A DNA stretch of 18,570 nucleotides from Candidatus Eiseniibacteriota bacterium. Lineage in GTDB: Bacteria > ARS69. The DNA is taken from contig JBQTGV010000152.1 in the NCBI GenBank assembly GCA_052390515.1, positions 1 to 18,570 on the forward strand, read 5' to 3'. Positions 1 to 6,008 of this stretch are shown in pieces. Each line of letters opens with the position of its first letter. The stretch's first letter is position 1. The position numbers and the translations under genes are program-made. The notes under the pieces were generated by a model. That model was not told where the DNA came from. It saw only the letters and a program-made list of their open reading frames with translations, and searched no databases.

Positions 1-1
1 G

Positions 2-109
2 CTGGCGCGCGGCGAAGTCGCGGAGCGGGCGCGACGCTTCGTCGACCTCGTGACGGGGCCGGTCGGAGCGGCCATCCTCGCGAGCCGCGGATTCGAGCCG
101 GTCCAGTGA
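2..109 (+). CDS. modA: 3' end of molybdate ABC transporter substrate-binding protein (partial)
   Basis: Frame from base 2 reads LARGEVAERARRFVDLVTGPVGAAILASRGFEPVQ*, resembling the ModA C-terminus (A..F.....g.ail...GF). TGA 107-109 overlaps the modB GTG (GTGA coupling). Confidence 0.75.
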   Translation: MARGEVAERARRFVDLVTGPVGAAILASRGFEPVQ

Positions 110-903
110 GCCGGGCCCGTCGGCGCCGCGGGCCGTTGTGGCTCGGCGCCGCCTCGTCGCTCCTCGTCTTCTTCCTGGTCTTCCCGTTCCTCGCCGTGCT
201 GCTCTCGCTCTCGCCGGGCTCCTTCCTCGACCACCTACGCACGCCGATGGCACTTCAAGCGCTGGTGCTCACGATCCAGACCACGCTCGTCGCCACGGCG
301 CTCAGCATTCTCGGCGGCGTGCCGCTCGCCTACCTGCTCGCGCGTCATCGCTTCCGCGGCCGCGAGTTGCTCGACACGCTGATCGACCTGCCCATCACCG
401 TGCCGCCGGTAGTCGGGGGCGTGGCGCTGCTGCTCGCGTTCGGCCGCCGCGGACTCATCGGCCGGAGCTTCGAGGCGATGGGCCTGGTCATTCCGTTCTC
501 GACGCTCGCGGTGGTCCTGGCCCAGGTCTTCATCGCCAGCCCTTTCTTCGTGAAGGCGGCGCGGGCCGGCTTCGAGGCCGTGCCCACGCGCTTCGAGGCG
601 GCGGCGCGTACGCTCGGCGCCGGTCCCTGGCGCGTGTTCTGGACCGTCACGCTGCCGCTCGCGCGCCCGTCCCTGCTGGCCGGCGCCGTCCTCTGCTGGG
701 CGCGCGCCCTCTCCGAGTTCGGCGCGACGATGATGTTCGCGGGCAACTTCCCGGGACGGACGCAGACCCTGGCGCTCGCGGTGATGTCTGCGATGGAGAG
801 CGACCTGGCCACCGCGCTGGCTGTCTCGTCGCTGTCCCTCGGGCTCGGGCTCGTTGCGCTGGTCCTGGCTAAGAGCTGGGCGCGGCGCGTGCCCGTCATC
901 TGA
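106..903 (+). CDS. modB: Molybdate ABC transporter permease
   Basis: Multi-TM protein with DLPITVPPVVGG, EAA loop (FEAAARTLGAGPWRVFWTVTLPLA) and WARALSEFGATMMFAGN motifs typical of ModB. Confidence 0.92.
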   Translation: MSRARRRRGPLWLGAASSLLVFFLVFPFLAVLLSLSPGSFLDHLRTPMALQALVLTIQTTLVATALSILGGVPLAYLLARHRFRGRELLDTLIDLPITVPPVVGGVALLLAFGRRGLIGRSFEAMGLVIPFSTLAVVLAQVFIASPFFVKAARAGFEAVPTRFEAAARTLGAGPWRVFWTVTLPLARPSLLAGAVLCWARALSEFGATMMFAGNFPGRTQTLALAVMSAMESDLATALAVSSLSLGLGLVALVLAKSWARRVPVI

Positions 904-909
904 GCCCGC

Positions 910-1977
910 GTGAGACCCGCGCTCGAGGCGCACGTCGCCGTCACCCTGGGGTCGTTCACCCTGGACGCGTCGCTCGCCGTGCAGCGGGGCGAAGTGCTCG
1001 TGCTGCTAGGACCCAACGGCTCGGGAAAGACGACCTGCCTCGATCTGCTCGCCGGGCTGCGCGCCCCGGACCGCGGCCGCGTGACGCTGGACGGCACGGT
1101 GTTGTGCGACACCGAGCGGGGCATCGACCTCGCGCCCGAGGAGCGCCGCGTGGGCCTCGTCTTCCAGGACTTCGCCCTGTTCCCGCATCGTACCGTGCGC
1201 GGAAACGTGGACTACGGGCCTCGTGCGCGGGGGGAGTCACGGGAAGCGGCGACGCGGACCGCGGCGGAGTGGCTCACGCGCCTGGACCTTCACGCGATGG
1301 CCGACCGCCCCGTTGGGGAGCTCTCCGGCGGACAGAAGCAGCGCGTGGCTATCGCGCGGGCCCTGGCCTCCGGCGCACGCGTCCTGCTTCTCGACGAGCC
1401 GTTCGCCTCGCTCGACGCGACGATGCGCGCCGGCGTCCGCGCCGAGCTGCGCGTCTTCCTCCGCTCCGTCGGATGCCCCGCGGTCCTCGTCACCCACGAT
1501 CCGCTGGACGCGTTCGTCATGGCGGACCGCGTCGCCGTGCTGGAGGGCGGGCGCGTGGTGCAGGCCGGAACGGGGGAGGAGCTGTTGGCGCACCCACGCA
1601 CGCCGTTCGTGGCGGAGCTCGTCGGGCTGAACTTCTACCAGGCGGAGCTGGCCCCAGGCAGCGGCCTCAAGGAAGCGCGGGTGGGCGGGGCCACGTTCCA
1701 CGTCCTGGCCGACGCGCTGGAGGGCGCGGTGCACCTGGCCTTCGCCCCGTCCGACGTGGCGCTCTTCCTGGAGTCGTCCGGCGGGTCGTTCCAGAACACC
1801 TTCGAGGCGCGCGTCCGCGAGACGCGGAGCCTCCCCGACCGCGTGCGCGTCATCCTCGACGCCGGCATCGTCATCGCCGCCGACGTCACCCGCGAGGCGA
1901 GCCGGCGCCTGGACCTCGCGCCAGGGTCGGTGCTGCGCGCGATGATCAAGGCCACCTCCATCCGCGTGTATCCCTAG
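910..1977 (+). CDS. modC: Molybdate ABC transporter ATP-binding protein with C-terminal TOBE domain
   Basis: Walker A GPNGSGKT, signature LSGGQKQRVA, Walker B LLLDEPF, VTHD; TOBE-like tail (ADVTREASRRLDLAPG..RAMIKA); follows modB. Confidence 0.9.
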   Translation: MRPALEAHVAVTLGSFTLDASLAVQRGEVLVLLGPNGSGKTTCLDLLAGLRAPDRGRVTLDGTVLCDTERGIDLAPEERRVGLVFQDFALFPHRTVRGNVDYGPRARGESREAATRTAAEWLTRLDLHAMADRPVGELSGGQKQRVAIARALASGARVLLLDEPFASLDATMRAGVRAELRVFLRSVGCPAVLVTHDPLDAFVMADRVAVLEGGRVVQAGTGEELLAHPRTPFVAELVGLNFYQAELAPGSGLKEARVGGATFHVLADALEGAVHLAFAPSDVALFLESSGGSFQNTFEARVRETRSLPDRVRVILDAGIVIAADVTREASRRLDLAPGSVLRAMIKATSIRVYP

Positions 1978-1985
1978 GAGACGTC

Positions 1986-2231
1986 GTGAACGGAGGCGGG
2001 ACGTCGACTACGACGCTCTCCGACCGAGATGCTGACGACCGCAAGGACGTGCTCGTCCGCGACGGAGAGCAGCGCACGGTGGGCGTGGTGCTCTCCCGCG
2101 CGTGGGGGGAGACGACCACCCTCACACTGCTTTGGGAGCACGTGAAGGCCGACGTGTACGCGAAGGCATCGGGAACTACCCGCGAGACCACCGCGAACCC
2201 GGTGACGTTCCAAATCCAGTACGGGTTCTGA
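1986..2231 (+). CDS. Small 81-aa ORF, probable remnant of an outer-membrane beta-barrel C-terminus
   Basis: AGGAG (1976-1980) lies 5 nt before GTG 1986. GC-rich codon use like neighbouring genes. Amphipathic strand-like segments and terminal VTFQIQYGF*. No signal peptide. Confidence 0.5.
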   Translation: MNGGGTSTTTLSDRDADDRKDVLVRDGEQRTVGVVLSRAWGETTTLTLLWEHVKADVYAKASGTTRETTANPVTFQIQYGF

Positions 2232-2233
2232 GG

Positions 2234-3226
2234 CTAGCTCTCCGCCGGGCTCGACTCGCGCTCGGCATCGTCGGCCGCCGTGCGCCCGCGTGCCTCCCGC
2301 ACGAGATGCAGCGCCCCGCCGGCGACGCCCTGCGCCACGGCGATGGCGTACGACGCGAGCGACACCGCGAGCGCGGCGGAAGGGCTCATCCCGGCGCGCG
2401 TCATGAACCACACGAAGGCGCTCTCGCGCACACCGAGACCGTTGATGCCGATGGGCAGCATCATGACGCAGAAGACGAGCGGCACGACGACCAGGAAGGA
2501 CGCGAACGAGACGCTCTCGCCGAACGCGAACTGGATGAGCCAGAAGTGCACGATCAGCAGGAACTGGAAGACGATGGACAGGACGAAGTTGGCGAAGAGC
2601 GCGGGCCGCGCCTTGGAGAACTGCTCGAACGCGTCGATCATCTTCGCCACGGTCTCGCGCACGAAGGCGATGGGCAGGCGCGGCACCACGGGGCGGAGCC
2701 GCCCGCGGACGCGACGGCTTATGGCGAAGTAGATGCCGGCGATGGAGACGAGGAGGGCGCCGCCGAGCAGCCAGGGCACGCGCGGGTCCAGCTCGCTGGC
2801 GTGACCGGTGAGCGCGGCCAGGCCGCCGAGGGTGAGCGTGGCGAAGAGTCCGATCATGCGCTCCACGAGCACGACGGTCAGGTGCTCCGTGAGCGTCCCG
2901 CCGGCCTTCTTCTTCGTGCTGGCGGCGCGCACCACGTCGCCGCCGATGGTGGAGGGCAGGAAGTTGTTGAAGAAGAGACCGACCATGTACGAGCCGAAGA
3001 GGAAGGGGACGCCGGCGCGGCGCCCCTGGCTCTTGAGCAGGATCTGCCACCGCCACGCGCCGAACACGTTGCCCAGAGAGTTCACGGCGAGCGCCGCGAC
3101 GAGCCACTCGACGCGCGCCGAGGAGAACCTGCTCACGAGATGGCGGATGTCCGCTTGGCGGAGCACCCAGTAGAGGAGCCCGGCGCTCACCAGGATCCGG
3201 AGCACCCGGACAACGTGCTTGTTCAA
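2234..3226 (-). CDS. Lysylphosphatidylglycerol synthase TM-domain / flippase-like membrane protein (UPF0104)
   Basis: Hydrophobic ~330 aa with WRWQILL, GLFFNNFLPSTIGGDVVR, ERMIGL and LPIGINGLGVRE motifs. Start reassigned to TTG 3226 with GAGG upstream; the ORF-track extension to 4369 is antisense to yjbQ-region/queC or out of frame. Confidence 0.88.
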   Translation of the reverse strand: MNKHVVRVLRILVSAGLLYWVLRQADIRHLVSRFSSARVEWLVAALAVNSLGNVFGAWRWQILLKSQGRRAGVPFLFGSYMVGLFFNNFLPSTIGGDVVRAASTKKKAGGTLTEHLTVVLVERMIGLFATLTLGGLAALTGHASELDPRVPWLLGGALLVSIAGIYFAISRRVRGRLRPVVPRLPIAFVRETVAKMIDAFEQFSKARPALFANFVLSIVFQFLLIVHFWLIQFAFGESVSFASFLVVVPLVFCVMMLPIGINGLGVRESAFVWFMTRAGMSPSAALAVSLASYAIAVAQGVAGGALHLVREARGRTAADDAERESSPAES

Positions 3227-3298
3227 CTCCGCCTCGTCGGAAGGTTCGGGGGGCGGCCGGCTGCGCCCGACCGTACGGGACGCGGGGCGAAGCGGCAA

Positions 3299-3358
3299 GG
3301 TCCTACTCGCCGGTCCCAGCAGGGAGGCCGGCGACGCGAGCGGTCCTACTCGCCGGTC
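3299..3358. repeat. 17-bp perfect direct repeat GGTCCTACTCGCCGGTC (3299-3315, 3342-3358) with an inverted core between the copies
   Basis: Read directly. The second copy spans the yjbQ stop codon; CCGGCGA at 3328-3334 is complementary to TCGCCGG in both copies. Confidence 0.85.
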
Positions 3359-3762
3359 ACCGTGACCAGGATCCGCCGCCGCCCCGGCCTTCGCCGGTGC
3401 TCGAACAGGAAGATGCCCTGCCAAGTTCCCAGCGCGAGATCCCCGGACGCGACCGGGATCGTCTCCGACGTGTGGGTCAGCGCCGACCGCACGTGGGACG
3501 GCATGTCGTCCGGACCCTCGGCGGTGTGCGTGTAGTGCGGCGCGTTCTCCGGCGCGAGGAGCGCGATGCTCTTCTCCAAGTCCCGCCGCGCGGAGGGGTC
3601 TGCGTTCTCCTGGATCACGAGACTCGCGGAGGTGTGGCGCACGAAGACGTGGCAGAGCCCCTGCCGGACGCGGCTCTCCCGCACCAGACGGCGCACCTCG
3701 GCGGTGAACTCGTACAGACCCTGGCCGGGCGGCGAAAGCTCGATCTCTCCCTGGAACCACAT
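3346..3762 (-). CDS. yjbQ: YjbQ/UPF0047 family protein (secondary thiamine-phosphate synthase)
   Basis: HTSASLVIQENADP, HTAEGPDDMPSHVRS, LALGTWQGIFLFEHR motifs. ATG 3762 with AGGAG (complement of 3771-3775) 8 nt upstream. Confidence 0.93.
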   Translation of the reverse strand: MWFQGEIELSPPGQGLYEFTAEVRRLVRESRVRQGLCHVFVRHTSASLVIQENADPSARRDLEKSIALLAPENAPHYTHTAEGPDDMPSHVRSALTHTSETIPVASGDLALGTWQGIFLFEHRRRPGRRRILVTVTGE

Positions 3763-3781
3763 GATGTGCGCTCCTGGCCGG

Positions 3782-3836
3782 CCGCGGGTCCGCCGCCGCG
3801 CTGCGGGCTCGCTGCCGCCCGCGGGTCCGCCGCCGC
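3782..3836. repeat. Three tandem 18-bp GC-rich repeats (CCGCGGGTCCGCCGCCGC)
   Basis: Copies 3782-3799 and 3819-3836 are identical; 3801-3818 (CTGCGGGCTCGCTGCCGC) matches 14/18. Confidence 0.8.
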
Positions 3837-3843
3837 CCCCCGA

Positions 3844-3852
3844 TGGTATAAT
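3844..3852 (+). promoter_or_regulatory. Extended -10 promoter (TG-G-TATAAT) for the que operon
   Basis: Perfect TGnTATAAT in a very GC-rich background, 25 nt before the queC ATG; SD GGAGGAG at 3868-3874. Confidence 0.8.
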
Positions 3853-3877
3853 GCCTCGCGCTTTTCCGGAGGAGCCC

Positions 3878-4618
3878 ATGTCGCGGCGAGCCGTCGTCCT
3901 GGCCAGCGGGGGCCTCGATTCCAGCACCCTGCTCGCCCAGGTGATCGGGGAGGGGTGGGAGACGTTCGCCCTCACGTTCGACTACGGCCAGCGACACCGT
4001 GTGGAGATCGAGCGGGCGGCGGAGATGGCGAGAAGCCTCGGCGCCGCCGAGCACCGCGTCGTCGGGGTGGATCTCGCGTCCTTCGGCGGCTCGGCGCTCA
4101 CCGGGGAGGCGGCTGTTCCGAAGGGGCGGCCAGACATCGGCGCCGGTATTCCCGTCACGTACGTTCCGGCGCGGAACACCGTGTTCCTGGCGCTGGCCTT
4201 GGCGTGGGCGGAGACGCTCTCCGCGCGGGACATCTTCTACGGCGCGAACGCGCTGGACTACTCCGGGTATCCGGACTGCCGGGGGGAGTTCGTGAGCGCG
4301 TTCGAGCGGCTGGCCAACGCAGCGACGAAGCAGGGCGTCGAGTCGGCTGAGCCGTGGTACCGCGTGCACGCGCCGTTTCTGGCGATGAGCAAGGGCGAAA
4401 TCGTGCGGCGCGCGGTCGAGCTGGGCGTGGATCTCTCGCGTACGGTGAGCTGCTACGATCCTTCGCCGGCCGGGACTCCGTGCGGCGCCTGCGACGCCTG
4501 TATTCTGCGCGCGAAGGGCTTCGCCGAGGCCGGCGTGGACGATCCGCTCGTGGCGGCGAGGGCGGCGACGGCGAGGACGGTTGCGGCGAGACCGGCGCCG
4601 GCGAGGACGACGCGATGA
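3878..4618 (+). CDS. queC: 7-cyano-7-deazaguanine synthase
   Basis: SGGLDS PP-loop, FDYGQRH, TYVPARN, DYSGYPDCR, zinc motif SCY..CGACDAC. ATG 3878 with strong SD. Confidence 0.97.
   Translation: MSRRAVVLASGGLDSSTLLAQVIGEGWETFALTFDYGQRHRVEIERAAEMARSLGAAEHRVVGVDLASFGGSALTGEAAVPKGRPDIGAGIPVTYVPARNTVFLALALAWAETLSARDIFYGANALDYSGYPDCRGEFVSAFERLANAATKQGVESAEPWYRVHAPFLAMSKGEIVRRAVELGVDLSRTVSCYDPSPAGTPCGACDACILRAKGFAEAGVDDPLVAARAATARTVAARPAPARTTR
4553..4612 (+). repeat. Four imperfect 15-nt tandem repeats encoding the QueC C-terminal tail
   Basis: gcggcgagggcggcg / acggcgaggacggtt / gcggcgagaccggcg / ccggcgaggacgacg = AARAA TARTV AARPA PARTT. Confidence 0.7.
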
Positions 4619-5259
4619 GCACCCTCGTCATCAACGAGATCTTCCATTCCATCCAGGGCGAGTCCACGCACGCCGGGCTGCCCTGCGTTTTCGTGCGGCT
4701 CACCGCCTGCGACCTGCGCTGCTCCTGGTGCGACACGGAGTACGCGTTCTACGAGGGGACCAAGCGGGAGGTGGGCGAAATCGCCGGCGAAGTCGAGCGC
4801 TACGGCTGCGATCTGGTCGAGATCACCGGCGGGGAGCCGCTGCTGCAGCCCAACGTGCACGACCTCATCGGCGTCCTGCTGGAGCGAGGGAAGACGGTGA
4901 TGATCGAGACCGGCGGCCACCGGGACATCTCGCCGCTCGACCCGCGCGTGATCCGCATCGTGGACGTGAAGACGCCGTCGTCCGGCGAGAGCCACCGCGT
5001 CCGCACGGAGAACTTCGCCCTGCTGCGGCCGGCAGACGAATTGAAGTTCGTCGTGAAGGACCGCGCCGACTTCGACTGGTCGGTGTCCATGATCGAGCGG
5101 CACGGTCTCGCGGCGAAGTGCCCGCTGCTGTTCTCGCCGGTGGCGGGCGTGCTGGATCCGGCGGAGCTCGCCGGCTGGCTGCTCGGCGCCGGGCTGCGCG
5201 CACGGCTCCAGCTCCAGCTCCACAAGATCCTGTGGCCCGAAGCGGTGCGGGGCGTGTGA
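4615..5259 (+). CDS. queE: 7-carboxy-7-deazaguanine synthase (radical SAM)
   Basis: EIFHSIQGES, FVRLTACDLRCSWCDT (CxxxCxxC), ITGGEPLLQ, QLQLHK. ATGA overlap with the queC stop. Confidence 0.96.
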   Translation: MSTLVINEIFHSIQGESTHAGLPCVFVRLTACDLRCSWCDTEYAFYEGTKREVGEIAGEVERYGCDLVEITGGEPLLQPNVHDLIGVLLERGKTVMIETGGHRDISPLDPRVIRIVDVKTPSSGESHRVRTENFALLRPADELKFVVKDRADFDWSVSMIERHGLAAKCPLLFSPVAGVLDPAELAGWLLGAGLRARLQLQLHKILWPEAVRGV

Positions 5260-5260
5260 C

Positions 5261-5647
5261 GTGAAGGTCGAGCTGGAGAGGACCTTCCGCTTCGAGGCGG
5301 CGCATCTCCTGCCGAACGTGCCGGAGGGGCACAAGTGCCGGCGGCTGCACGGGCACTCGTTCGTCGTGGACGTGGCCGTCCGCGGCGACGTGGACGAGGA
5401 GGTCGGCTGGTTCGTGGACTACGCGGATCTTGACGCGGCGTTCGCACCGCTCCGCCGCCGGCTCGATCACTATTACCTGAACGAGATCGACGGGCTGGAA
5501 AACCCGACGTCGGAGAACCTGGCGCGGTGGCTGTGGGAGCGGCTCGATCCGGAGGTGCCCGGCCTCTGGCGCATCGACGTGCACGAGACCTGCAACTCGC
5601 GGTGCGCGTACTACGGCCCGGGCGAGCTGCCCGCCAGGGAGGAGTGA
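5261..5647 (+). CDS. queD: 6-carboxytetrahydropterin synthase
   Basis: [35 protein letters not shown] motifs; in que operon. Confidence 0.97.
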   Translation: MKVELERTFRFEAAHLLPNVPEGHKCRRLHGHSFVVDVAVRGDVDEEVGWFVDYADLDAAFAPLRRRLDHYYLNEIDGLENPTSENLARWLWERLDPEVPGLWRIDVHETCNSRCAYYGPGELPAREE

Positions 5648-5649
5648 GC

Positions 5650-5994
5650 GTGGCGGAGCCCCTCGAGACGTTCCCCAATCCAGCGCCGGGCCGGGACTAC
5701 GAGATCGACATCGAGGCTCCGGAGTGGACCGCGCTCTGCCCCATCACCGGGCAGCCGGACTTCGGCACGATCCGGATCCAGTATGTGCCGGACAAGCTGT
5801 GTCTCGAGCTCAAGTCGCTCAAGCTGTACATCGGGTCGTTCCGGAACCGCGGGGTCTTCCACGAGGCGGTGACGAACGAGATCCTGGATCACCTGGTCGC
5901 GTCGTGCCGGCCGCGGCGGATGCGCGTCGTGGGGGATTTCCGGGTGCGTGGCGGGATCAAGACGGTGGTGACGGTGGAGTATCCGAAGTCGTAG
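5650..5994 (+). CDS. queF: NADPH-dependent preQ0 reductase (short unimodular type)
   Basis: [10 protein letters not shown] (catalytic Cys/Asp), QueF motif [18 protein letters not shown] 5650 with GGAGGAG upstream (alternative GTG 5644). Confidence 0.96.
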   Translation: MAEPLETFPNPAPGRDYEIDIEAPEWTALCPITGQPDFGTIRIQYVPDKLCLELKSLKLYIGSFRNRGVFHEAVTNEILDHLVASCRPRRMRVVGDFRVRGGIKTVVTVEYPKS

Positions 5995-6008
5995 CTCTCT
6001 CCGCGCAC

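Noticed and set aside
3763-3877. preQ1 riboswitch upstream of queC
   Set aside because: The predicted leader is only about 20 nt, and there is no A-rich tail or preQ1 stem-loop pattern.
2234-4369. 711-aa ORF as one protein
   Set aside because: Only the last ~330 aa have family motifs; the rest overlaps yjbQ and queC in other frames.
3878-5994. que genes as a 7-deazaguanine DNA-modification (dpd/phage) island
   Set aside because: No dpdA/tgt-like gene or phage context; queF is present and codon usage is host-like, consistent with ordinary queuosine synthesis.
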